NCBI GenBank assembly: GCA_963806225.1 | Contig: CAWDXG010000004.1 | Coordinates: 4,832,001-4,896,000, forward strand | Length of the DNA stretch: 64,000 nt | Direction: 5' to 3' | DNA from: an uncultured delta proteobacterium | Lineage (GTDB): Bacteria > Myxococcota_A > Polyangia > Polyangiales > Polyangiaceae | In this document: in pieces, positions 1-8,718 of the stretch | Numbering within the stretch: the stretch's first letter is position 1 | Layout of the letters: each line of letters begins with the position of its first letter | Notes under the pieces: model-generated | Told to the model about the DNA's origin: nothing | Seen by the model: the letters and a program-made list of their open reading frames with translations, nothing else | Databases searched by the model: none | Translations under genes and position numbers: made by a program

Positions 1-1
1 G

Positions 2-1069
2 AGCGAGCTGCCCGGCGGCTGCTCCGTCACGTACGATCTGGAAGCGCTGGAGCTGCTCGACCAGGTGGCGCGGGTGCCGCGCAAGGCCGATGCGTTCCGC
101 GCCTGGCTCGACGACTTCCGCGAGCGGAACGAGCGGCGGCCGCGGGCGGTGGAGGCGTTCCACGAGGGCTTCGATCCGCAGCAGCTGCCGCCGGCATTGC
201 GGCCGTGGTTTGCGGGCTTGCGGGAATTGGGGGCGCTGTCCGCTGAGGAGGCGGCGGTGGCGGGCGCGGCTCCGGAGCTGTTCGAGCTGCTGCAGACCAC
301 GGCGATGACGCGTAGCTACAAGATGGTGCTGCTGCTTTCGTGGATTGCGAGCGGGCGCTTTCCGTCGCCGATCGGACTCGACGAGCTGGGGCGCGCGTTC
401 TCGCGGCTCGCGCTCAGGACCGGGCCGCTGGCGCTGGATGTGAGCGTCGATCTGCGGGATGCGCGCGCGGTCGAGCGGTTGGTGCGGGACAATCCCGTGA
501 AAGCGTGGGTGGCGACGGGGCTGTTCGCGTTCGACGGCGCGCTTTCACTCTCCGCGGAGGCGCCGGACTCGTCGGACGTGTTCACCGACATGCTGCGCGA
601 GCTCGCCGAGTGGCGGCTTGCGCAGTACCTGCATCGCCGTCGGCAGGATCGCATCGAGGCCGTGTTCGACGACGAGGGCAGCGAGCTCGACGCCCACTTC
701 ACCACCGAGCGCAGCGAAGGCGGCTACGCCGTCATTGTCGAATCCCGCGGCGGCACCGCCGGCAGCCGCGCTGCCCGGAATACGCAGTACGGCGAGGGGC
801 TCGCGCTGCTATTGCGGCGGTTGGCGGTGCTCGGAGCGACGCTGCAGCGCGCGGAGCTGTGGACGCGCTCCGTGTCGGGGGAACGACTCGAGCTGCGCGG
901 GCGGAGCTATCCGCTAGCCCTCGCCGAGATCGACGACATCGACCAGCTGCGCCGCGACATCCAGGCGGCGCAGGGGAACAATCCGACGCGGCGGATCCGG
1001 CTTTCGGTGAGTGGCGTCGCGGAGGAGTCGCTGGTGCGGGTGCACCGGGGGCTTTCGCGGGGGGCGTAG
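2..1069 (+). CDS. 5'-truncated gene: probable C-terminus of a DEAD/DEAH (PLD-helicase-like) defence protein with a terminal McrA-N (NEco)-like domain
   Basis: Frame is open from base 2 (SELPGGCSVTYDLEALELL...). The LPxGCxVTYxLEA and TxMTRSYKMVLL segments resemble C-termini of restriction-type SF2 helicases. The last ~135 aa (VFDDEGSELDA...ESRGG...RNTQY...GNNPTRRIRLSV) align by eye with the EcoKMcrA N-terminal domain. Confidence 0.65.
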   Translation, partial: SELPGGCSVTYDLEALELLDQVARVPRKADAFRAWLDDFRERNERRPRAVEAFHEGFDPQQLPPALRPWFAGLRELGALSAEEAAVAGAAPELFELLQTTAMTRSYKMVLLLSWIASGRFPSPIGLDELGRAFSRLALRTGPLALDVSVDLRDARAVERLVRDNPVKAWVATGLFAFDGALSLSAEAPDSSDVFTDMLRELAEWRLAQYLHRRRQDRIEAVFDDEGSELDAHFTTERSEGGYAVIVESRGGTAGSRAARNTQYGEGLALLLRRLAVLGATLQRAELWTRSVSGERLELRGRSYPLALAEIDDIDQLRRDIQAAQGNNPTRRIRLSVSGVAEESLVRVHRGLSRGA

Positions 1070-1093
1070 CTCCCGCGCCGGCGCGGTGCGACG

Positions 1094-1625
1094 CTAACCG
1101 TCCCGCACCACCGGCCGCTTCGTCTGCATGAACCCCCGCCCGAAGTCTTCCTCCGCAGCCAGCGCGTTGCTTGTAGCGCTGGGGCCGCGCCGGCGCGGGT
1201 GCGCTCGGCTCGTCTTGGGGCTTGTCCATATCGTCGGCGCCATCAGGGTGCGCGTGGCGGACATCTGTCTCGTCATCGGTCGAGTCCGCCGGCCGCTCGC
1301 CGGGCGGAAGCTCGCGCACCGGATTGAATGACGCAGCAAACTCGCTCCACGTCGGGCTCCGCGGCGACGCCATGAGCGAGGGCCCGAGCGGCTCGATGCG
1401 CGCCGGCACATCGCGCAGCGGGTCGAGCTCGCGCACCAGCTTGGCGATCTCGTGCTTGGTGCGATGCTTGGCGCGGGCGAGCACTTCGCGGCAATTGTCG
1501 TCGGTGAGATGCGGACCGAGCAGCAACAGACCCGTCAGATGCAGCTCGCCGCGAGCGACGGCGTCGTCGGAGAGCCCGGCGAGATCGTAGCGGCTTGTCG
1601 CAAGACTGGTGAGACGCGCGTTCAT
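1094..1625 (-). pseudogene. Internally deleted remnant of a myxobacterial DUF222-like/HNH endonuclease family gene
   Basis: Family-like segment GELHLTGLLLLGPHLT..EVLARAKHRTK.EIAKLVRELDPL.DVPARIEPLGP. After PQRYK the frame jumps to the family C-terminal NALAAEEDFG. The HNH core is absent. Confidence 0.65.
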
Positions 1626-1995
1626 GCAGCCACCGTACACCCGGGTTTCGAGCCCCATGAGGAGCGCTCCTGGTGCGCTTTCGCGCCCTCGATCGCTTCG
1701 AACTTCGTCGCGCGGCAGAAACAACGTCAGCGCGCGTTGTCGCGTCGTCGGGGCAGACTCTGCGAGCGAGCGGCGCGATCGAAACGCTGTGCGCCCCGAA
1801 AGCCGTCAAGCGGGAAATCGCGACGCGGCGACATTTCCATTGCGCCCATCAGCGCGCCGCGCGAGTCCGTCGAAACGCTGTCGTTGCCGGCGGAGCACGG
1901 CGAGCTCCTGGGCAGAACGACAGCGCGCGCCGATAGCGCGCGCTGGTGGAGCCGCCGGGGGGAATGCGTGCGCCGATCGTGGCGTTGCCGGGGGC

Positions 1996-2634
1996 ATGCG
2001 TCGCGCGGTGGTCGTTTCGTTCGTCTTGCTGCTGGTGAGCGCGTCTGCGATGGCGTCGCCGCTGCCGTCGTACGATCTGGTCGACCCGCGCGTCTGCCTT
2101 GCCGGCGAGTGGGGCCGCTCGACGCGCTACGAATGGCGCATCCAGCTCGGCCTCTTCAACCACGAGCGCGCTGCGGACCGCAGGGCACGGGTCGTCGCCC
2201 GGCGCGGCCTGGCGACGGAGAGCTACATCGCCGCCTGGCTGGCCAGAGATGACCGCGAACCGATCGTCGTCGTCTCCCGTTCGTTCAAGTCGCGCCGCGC
2301 CGCCCTCCGGGCCATTCGTCGCTATCGCGCGGCCGTGCCTCGCGCGTTCGCGCGCCGATACGAGCGCTGGGTCCAATCCGAGGCGCGTCGCGGCTTCGAG
2401 CACGGCAGTCGGCACGCGAGCCTGCTACCAGAGCTGTGCGGATGCGCCGTGCTGGGCGGCGTCCCAGGCGCTGCTGACGTGCGTCGCGAAGGCCTGCGCG
2501 TCGTCCTGCTAGTGCGGCGTCCGGATGTCGCGCTACATTTCCGGGACTGGCGGCGCCTACGAGGACGCCTCCAGGCGCGCGAGCGACTCGCTGATCGTCG
2601 GACCGCCGCCGGCCTCGACATCCTGACGGCGTAG
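1996..2634 (+). CDS. Secreted SPOR-like domain protein; 3' end uncertain, possibly chimeric
   Basis: Signal peptide MRRAVVVSFVLLLVSASAMA; SPOR-like WRIQLGLF..RAA motif; ORF overlaps the convergent gene by 78 nt. Confidence 0.45.
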   Translation: MRRAVVVSFVLLLVSASAMASPLPSYDLVDPRVCLAGEWGRSTRYEWRIQLGLFNHERAADRRARVVARRGLATESYIAAWLARDDREPIVVVSRSFKSRRAALRAIRRYRAAVPRAFARRYERWVQSEARRGFEHGSRHASLLPELCGCAVLGGVPGAADVRREGLRVVLLVRRPDVALHFRDWRRLRGRLQARERLADRRTAAGLDILTA

Positions 2635-3330
2635 CTTGTGGAACTTCGTCAGCGTCTGGTTGGCGCTGGCTAGAATCTGGATGCGCTCGGCGTACTCGGC
2701 GATGCGGGCGCCGGGTAGCGCCCACAGCGCGAGCGAGTCGGGCAGCGCGTCGAGATAGGCCCGGGCGCCGCAGCAACCGAGGCTGAGCGCGGCGCGACCG
2801 GTGTTGATCGTCTGCGGGACGACGGCACACGCGGGACGCCCGAGCGCGGGCGGCATTCCGCCCTCGACCTGCTGCGCCGCCTCGGTGACGATCAGACCCT
2901 GCCGCGCGTCGGTGAACAGCAGAACCGCGTCGGGCGGCAGCGGCGCATCGGAGAGCGGCGCGTAGACCACGTGGCGCGTGCCCGCCGGCAGCGTCGGGAT
3001 GCGCGCGAGATCCTCCTCGCGCACGTAGCCTAGATCATTGAACACCTTCAGCGAGACCTTCAGATCCTCCGCTTGCATGTCGTTCTGGGGTGCCATGCCG
3101 TGGGTGTGCATGCCGACGGTGCAGCCCGCGTGATCGGCGGGGCTGGTCGTGAAGCTGCCGTGTGCGGCCTGCTGCCAGAACACGCACCCAGCGGGCACGG
3201 CGCGCTCGTGCTCTGCGACGCCGTCCGGCGGAGCCTCGGCGAGGGACACGGCAATGGGCGGCTGCTCCAGGTGGAGCGCGTCGACAAGGATCTGTGCGGC
3301 TTCTCGGAGCTGGGTCACGTGGGCCTCCAT
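2557..3330 (-). CDS. DUF169 family protein
   Basis: L.LEQPPIAV, GCVFWQ, DHAGCTVG, RPACAVVP and SLGCCGAR Cys motifs; ATG at 3330. Confidence 0.75.
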   Translation of the reverse strand: MEAHVTQLREAAQILVDALHLEQPPIAVSLAEAPPDGVAEHERAVPAGCVFWQQAAHGSFTTSPADHAGCTVGMHTHGMAPQNDMQAEDLKVSLKVFNDLGYVREEDLARIPTLPAGTRHVVYAPLSDAPLPPDAVLLFTDARQGLIVTEAAQQVEGGMPPALGRPACAVVPQTINTGRAALSLGCCGARAYLDALPDSLALWALPGARIAEYAERIQILASANQTLTKFHKLRRQDVEAGGGPTISESLARLEASS

Positions 3331-3521
3331 GTTGGTCGGGTGGCTATACCATTGCAGGCGACGTGACGTCGCGACGTTCGGCACTTGTGGCACGCTCGGC
3401 CGCATGAAGATCGACGAACGCGTCACCCTCCCCGACCAGACGTGGGAGCTGCTCTTGCCGAAGATCGATCAGCCGAGCGACCGACACGATCTTGGCCGAG
3501 CGCCGACCCTGTTGCCGACAC

Positions 3522-3920
3522 TCAGCGTGAAGCGAAGCGTTTCTTCGCCTCTTCGGTGGCAGGCGTGTAGAGCGAGACGGCCGTGCCCTCGGGATCGCGA
3601 AACTGGAAGGTCCTGTTGCCCCAGGGCATCGTCTTGAGTTCGTGGACAAGCGCCACCCTGTCTTTCAGGCGCGCGTAGTCGGCGTCGATATCATCCACCT
3701 GGAACTCGACGAAGGCGGTGCGATTGGCGCCGGGCACGGCGCTGCCTTCCTTCCACAAAGCGACGGTTTCGACGGCGCCGATGGCAAGCGTTGCCGCCGG
3801 CGTCACGATCTCGGCGAAGACGGGGGCAAGCCACTCGGCCTTCAGCCCGGTCACCATCTCGTAGAAGGCGACCATCTGCGTGATGTCGGCGGCGACTAGA
3901 CGCGTCGATGCGAGCTTCAT
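3522..3920 (-). CDS. VOC/glyoxalase family protein
   Basis: MVAFYE, EFQVDDIDADYARL, MPWGNRTFQFRDPEG motifs. Confidence 0.9.
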   Translation of the reverse strand: MKLASTRLVAADITQMVAFYEMVTGLKAEWLAPVFAEIVTPAATLAIGAVETVALWKEGSAVPGANRTAFVEFQVDDIDADYARLKDRVALVHELKTMPWGNRTFQFRDPEGTAVSLYTPATEEAKKRFASR

Positions 3921-3982
3921 GGAATTCTCCACCCGGTGGGCCGGAACACTGCTCCGGCATTGATGGAGACCTTGTCGCACAG

Positions 3983-4010
3983 CCCTGCTGACACCGTTCT
4001 GGCACCAGGG
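3983..4010. promoter_or_regulatory. Imperfect inverted repeat (candidate operator) upstream of the VOC gene
   Basis: CCCTGCTGACA-CCGTTC-TGGCACCAGGG; 9 of 11 positions pair. Confidence 0.4.
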
Positions 4011-4080
4011 TCAGCTTGGATAGCGCGCGTGCCGGGAAACGTTTAGCTCGTGAGGACCACGCCGGCTACGTTGAACAAAT

Positions 4081-4767
4081 TCAATAGAGGATGTCCTCGT
4101 AGCGCATCTGCGCGTCGTCGCAGCGAAGCGACCTCGACTCTCGGCCCGGATCGTCCCGGGACCAGCCGCCTGCCGCCGGAGCCAGCTTCTCGCGGGGCGC
4201 ATAGCCGGCAATGAAGGCGCGACACGATGGCGCATCCGGGAATCTCGCCGTTACCACGAGCGTAGCGTCGCCTTCGGGACTGCCAGGAGCGTCCTTTCGC
4301 GAGACGACGACGTCCGTCACCGACGGCGGCAACGCTTTTACGATCTCGGGCTTCCGGTCGCAGCCGCCGAAGGCCGCGACGCATCCGAGCGCCGCACCCG
4401 CAACGCCCGCGGCGACCAGCGCTGGCAGAGCAGACATGCCGGCGAAACCGTGCCGGGTCAGCCGCGCCGAGACGATCCCGCCGACCAGCGAAGCCGTGAC
4501 CGCGGCCGCCCACGGGGTGCGGTGCAACACCAGCCAGCCGCCGCCGGCCACGGCGAGCGCGATGCCGAGCCCCGCACTCAGCCCGATGGCGACCGCGATC
4601 AGTCGCAGACTGTTCGGATCGTCGTCTTTGTCGTCGTCGAAAGGTACACCGGCCTTTCCCAGCGCCCATTTCGCTGCGCCAAGCACCAGCCAGACCGGCA
4701 CGGCCGCGACCCAGAACACGAGCAAGCTGCCCGCCAGCGCCCCGACGATCACCACGGCGTAGAGCAT
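4081..4767 (-). CDS. Hypothetical membrane protein
   Basis: Several hydrophobic segments followed by a soluble C-terminal part. Confidence 0.6.
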   Translation of the reverse strand: MLYAVVIVGALAGSLLVFWVAAVPVWLVLGAAKWALGKAGVPFDDDKDDDPNSLRLIAVAIGLSAGLGIALAVAGGGWLVLHRTPWAAAVTASLVGGIVSARLTRHGFAGMSALPALVAAGVAGAALGCVAAFGGCDRKPEIVKALPPSVTDVVVSRKDAPGSPEGDATLVVTARFPDAPSCRAFIAGYAPREKLAPAAGGWSRDDPGRESRSLRCDDAQMRYEDILY

Positions 4768-4855
4768 GCTCGCCGAAGCCTACGCCGAGCGGCGAAGGCT
4801 GCAAACCGGGACCGGCCCCCGGTGCGGTACGCGGGGCTGTGAGGGCGCGGAACCG

Positions 4856-5413
4856 TCACCTCCAGCGCACGATCACCTCGAGTGCGCCGTCGGAGAGTCC
4901 GTGGCTCTCGGTCACGTCACGAGCGCGCGTGAGCTCGACGACGTAGCGGAGCACTTCGGCCATCGAGGCGCGTGCTTGCGGTACTGCGCAGTACGGATGA
5001 TCGACCAGCCGCCATGCGGCCCGGTGATCGCCGATGTCGATGCTGACCTGGCCACCGCGGTTGTCCTTCTCCCAGAGGTCGGGCGCGCGCTCGAGCAACC
5101 GGCGCGGCGACGCCAGCGCGATGAGCGCGCGGCGGAGTCGACCGAAGCCCGTGTCGACCTGGCGCTGCGTGAACTCGACCATCGCGGCGCGGTCGTAGTC
5201 GGCGGGCCCTTCCCATACGGCCATGTTCCAGTCGATCATGTGGCGCACCGGCGTCCAGCTCATGCCGGTGGCGACGGATTCCAGCGCCGACCTCAGCTCG
5301 GGCGAGACGGAAGCGGTCACGCTTTGCCTGGCCTCGCGTCCGAAGCAGTGCTCCGTCGCTTCCGCCGCCGCACGCAGCTGGTACAGCCGGGTTTCGGGTT
5401 CCTGGCTGGTCAT
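4856..5413 (-). CDS. Myxobacterial hypothetical protein (DUF2378/V4R-like)
   Basis: ATG at 5413 after GGAG; W.P..H motif, LLERAPDLW, C-terminal V.W. Confidence 0.55.
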   Translation of the reverse strand: MTSQEPETRLYQLRAAAEATEHCFGREARQSVTASVSPELRSALESVATGMSWTPVRHMIDWNMAVWEGPADYDRAAMVEFTQRQVDTGFGRLRRALIALASPRRLLERAPDLWEKDNRGGQVSIDIGDHRAAWRLVDHPYCAVPQARASMAEVLRYVVELTRARDVTESHGLSDGALEVIVRWR

Positions 5414-5493
5414 GATCTCTCCAAAGGCAGAGCGTACTCCAGCTCCGGTTGCGGTTCGAGCGCTGGGTGCTCGGCGAAGCGCTTCGAGCGGCT

Positions 5494-7275
5494 TCACTCC
5501 GCGTACATCGACTCGATCGTGTCCGCGAAGTGCTCGTAGACCTTCTTGCGCTTGACCTTCAGCGTGGGGGTGAGCTCGCCACTGTCGACGCTGAAGTTGC
5601 GATCGAGAACCTCGAATTTCTTGATCTGCTCGACGCGCGCGAGGTCCTTGTTCGTGCTGTCCACGGCTTTCTGGAGTTCCGCGCGGAGGGTCGGGCTCGA
5701 GTGCAGTGTCTCCGGGGCGACGCCGCGCTCCTTCGCCCACTTCTCGCTCGCCTCGGGGTCGAGCGTCAAAAGCACGGTGAGGTATTTGCGCCGATCGCCG
5801 ATCACCACGGCTTCGTTGATGAGCGGGTGGTTCTTGAGCGACGCCTCGATGTTCTTCGGGGCGATGTTCTTGCCGCCGGCCGTGATGAGGATGTCCTTCT
5901 TGCGGCCGGTGATGTGCAGGAACCCCTTGTCGTCGAGGCGGCCGAGATCGCCGGAGTGGAGCCAGCCGTCGACGAGCGTCTCGGCCGTCGCTTCGGGCTC
6001 CTTGTAGTAGCCGAGAAAGACGTTCTTGCCGCGCACGAGGATCTCCTCGTCATCGGCGAGCTTCACCTCGACGCCGGGGATGGCGGGCCCGACGCTGCCG
6101 AGCAGGAAGCGGTCCGGGCGGTTGAACGACGTGGGCCCCGTGTCCTCGCTCTGTCCGTAGACCTCCAGCACCAGGATGTCGAGGCTCGCGAAGAACTCGA
6201 GCACCTGCCTGGCGATGGGGGCGGCGCCGCTCACGCAGACCTTCGTGCGGCCCAGGCCGACGGCGGGCTTGAGCTTGGAGAAGACAAGGCGGTCGGCGAG
6301 CTTGTACTGCACGGCGGAGAGCCCCGTTGGCTCGCCGCGACCGCGCATGCGCCCGTCGTTCACCGCCTGGCCGACGCGCATCGCCCAGTCGACGAGCGCC
6401 TTCTTCACGCCGGTCGCTTCGGCGAGCTTGCCGCTGATGCCCGCGCGGAACTTCTCCCAGATGCGCGGCACGCCGAAGAAGATGGTCGGCTGCACCTCCT
6501 TCAGGTTGTCCGGAACCTTGTCGATGGACTCGGCGAAGTAGACGGAGCCGCCGTAGGTGCACGGACCGTGCAGCGTGAACATCTGCTCGGCGATGTGCGA
6601 CAGCGGCAGGTAGGAGAGGCTGCAGTCCTCGGGGCGAGCGTCGGTGATCTCCCGCGCGACCTTTGCGGTCCACGCGAGGTTTTCGTGCGAGAGCATCACG
6701 CCTTTGGGCGGACCGGTCGTGCCGGACGTGTAGATGAGCGTGGCGAGGCCGCCCGGCTCGAGCGCTTCGACGCGCTCGTCGACCTTCTCGTCATCGACGC
6801 CTTCGGCCTTCGACAGGAACTCTTCCCAGCTCGAAACCAGCGGGTCGTCGACCTTCTCTGCGCCTTTCATCAGGACGACGTGGCGGAGGTGCGGGAGGTT
6901 CTCGCGCTGCTCGTCGATCTTCTTCCACTGCTCCTCGTTCTCGACCAGCGCGACGGGGGCCTCGGCGTGGTGGAGGATGTACCGGACCTCGACAGCAGAG
7001 CAGGTCGTGTAGATCCCCGCCGGTGCGCCGCCCGCGCACATGCACGCCAGATCCATGAGCGTCCACTCGGGGCGGTTGAAGCCGAGGATGCACACGGACT
7101 GCTTCGGCTCGAAGCCCAGCGCGATGAGCGCCCGGGTCGCGCGACGCACCTCGCCGGCGTACTCGCGCCACGTGCTCATCTGCCATCCGCCTGGCGACTT
7201 CACGTAGTACGCGGGCGCGCCCGGACGGATCTTCGCTTGCTCGAAGAGTCGGGCCGGGATCGTATCGGCTGGCAT
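5494..7275 (-). CDS. Long-chain fatty acid--CoA ligase (AMP-binding)
   Basis: YTSGTTGPPKG, YGQSE, GWLHSGDLG, GRKKDILITAGGKNIAP motifs. Confidence 0.95.
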   Translation of the reverse strand: MPADTIPARLFEQAKIRPGAPAYYVKSPGGWQMSTWREYAGEVRRATRALIALGFEPKQSVCILGFNRPEWTLMDLACMCAGGAPAGIYTTCSAVEVRYILHHAEAPVALVENEEQWKKIDEQRENLPHLRHVVLMKGAEKVDDPLVSSWEEFLSKAEGVDDEKVDERVEALEPGGLATLIYTSGTTGPPKGVMLSHENLAWTAKVAREITDARPEDCSLSYLPLSHIAEQMFTLHGPCTYGGSVYFAESIDKVPDNLKEVQPTIFFGVPRIWEKFRAGISGKLAEATGVKKALVDWAMRVGQAVNDGRMRGRGEPTGLSAVQYKLADRLVFSKLKPAVGLGRTKVCVSGAAPIARQVLEFFASLDILVLEVYGQSEDTGPTSFNRPDRFLLGSVGPAIPGVEVKLADDEEILVRGKNVFLGYYKEPEATAETLVDGWLHSGDLGRLDDKGFLHITGRKKDILITAGGKNIAPKNIEASLKNHPLINEAVVIGDRRKYLTVLLTLDPEASEKWAKERGVAPETLHSSPTLRAELQKAVDSTNKDLARVEQIKKFEVLDRNFSVDSGELTPTLKVKRKKVYEHFADTIESMYAE

Positions 7276-7498
7276 GCTGGGTCCCTCTCGTTGGTTTCGG
7301 GGCGGGGAGCATAGCCCGTTGTAGAGGTTCCGCGCAGCATCGACCTGCGCCGCGCCGACGTCGCAGGTTCGTCGCCGCCGCGCCCGCGCTCGCCGACTTC
7401 ACCGAGGCTCAGTCTGGACATCGGGATCAGCATGGCGTGGTTCAGGGCGTCGCTGAATGCGACGCCCGGGCAGCGCCACCGAGCTCGAGCCGCATGCC

Positions 7499-7789
7499 CT
7501 AGTGGAACGCGCTGGGGCCGGCTGCCGAGATCGCGACGAAGAAGATCGGAACGAGCAGGATCTGGGCGAGGACCACGAGTTTCCACGCGTTCATCTGACG
7601 GGCGAAGCCGAGGCGCGGCGCGTTTTGCCACCCCCAGATGAAAAGATAGAGCCCGCAGATGAGTCCGAGCACCATCTGGCCGGCGCCCTCGTTGTTGTAC
7701 AAGCGAATCAGCACGATGATGGCGAGTACAAGGTTCGCCAGCCCGAGCAGCCCGCTAACGCCTTGAAGGGCAACCAATAGTGCGCTCAT
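7499..7789 (-). CDS. Small membrane protein
   Basis: Three hydrophobic helices; ICGLYLFIWGW. Confidence 0.6.
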   Translation of the reverse strand: MSALLVALQGVSGLLGLANLVLAIIVLIRLYNNEGAGQMVLGLICGLYLFIWGWQNAPRLGFARQMNAWKLVVLAQILLVPIFFVAISAAGPSAFH

Positions 7790-7882
7790 GAGTGGCAGTG
7801 TGCCCAACCCCCAAAACGGTGACAACCCATCTCCGACTAGGGGCCGAGAGCGCGCCCATTATCTTGTTCGATTCGTCGATCG

Positions 7883-8695
7883 ATGAACGCAACGCTGCTC
7901 GCCGGCGCGAGCACCGATGGCCACGCAGAGTCGATGCATGAGACAATGCGAGCCGTGAACGTTCCGACGCCGGAGCCCGAGCCGACCGAGCCCCCCCTGC
8001 AAGTGGGCCCGGCGGCGCCACTCTCGGGGTTCTCCGCGATCGGTTTTACATTCCGCGTGCTCGAGCGAGACTTCCTGGGCATCGTGGGCCCGCTCTTCGC
8101 AGCAGCTCTGGTCGGCAGCCTGGACACCCTCGCACTGGGGTTTGTGGGGTTCCACAGCTGGGTGGCGGTCGCGGCGCTGTTGGCGGTGTGGCTGCCGATC
8201 TCGAGCTACACCACGGCAGCGATGGTGCGGTTCTGCTTGCGCGTGGCACGCGGGCAACCGTACAGCTTTCGCGAAGTCTGGGTCTGGCCGCGGGGGGTGC
8301 CGGCCCTCGTGGGGCTCAAGTTGACGGTCTATGCCGCGACCGGCGGCGTGCTCTGGGGCTTGGTGCTGCTGGCGCAGCGCGCCGACCACATCAGCAAGGT
8401 GCTGCCGGGGCTGCTGATCCTGGCGTTCTTCGTGGTCGGTGCCACGGCGTTCGCTCGGTTCGCGCTGGCGCCGGTGATCATCGTTGATCGCGACGCTGGG
8501 CCGCTACGGGCGCTTGCACAAAGCGCCCGCCTGACCCGACGCCAGGTCAAGGCCGTGGTGGTCTACGGAGTGGTACTGCTGATGATCGCCGGCATGGTGC
8601 ACACCGTCGCTGCCACGGCCGTCCTCGCCACGCTCGCCGCACCCGGAATCGTCTTTCTGTACCTGGCCCTGCGCGGCGAACTGGTCGGCGTGTAG
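7883..8695 (+). CDS. Integral membrane protein
   Basis: Multiple TM segments; IIVDRDAGPLRALAQSARLT motif. Start may be 7946. Confidence 0.6.
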   Translation: MNATLLAGASTDGHAESMHETMRAVNVPTPEPEPTEPPLQVGPAAPLSGFSAIGFTFRVLERDFLGIVGPLFAAALVGSLDTLALGFVGFHSWVAVAALLAVWLPISSYTTAAMVRFCLRVARGQPYSFREVWVWPRGVPALVGLKLTVYAATGGVLWGLVLLAQRADHISKVLPGLLILAFFVVGATAFARFALAPVIIVDRDAGPLRALAQSARLTRRQVKAVVVYGVVLLMIAGMVHTVAATAVLATLAAPGIVFLYLALRGELVGV

Positions 8696-8718
8696 GCGCA
8701 GCACCGCTGCCTCGCCTT

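Noticed and set aside
7445..7467. GC hairpin GGGCGTCGC-TGAAT-GCGACGCCC
   Set aside because: Possible terminator, but it has no U-tract and such stems are common at this GC content.
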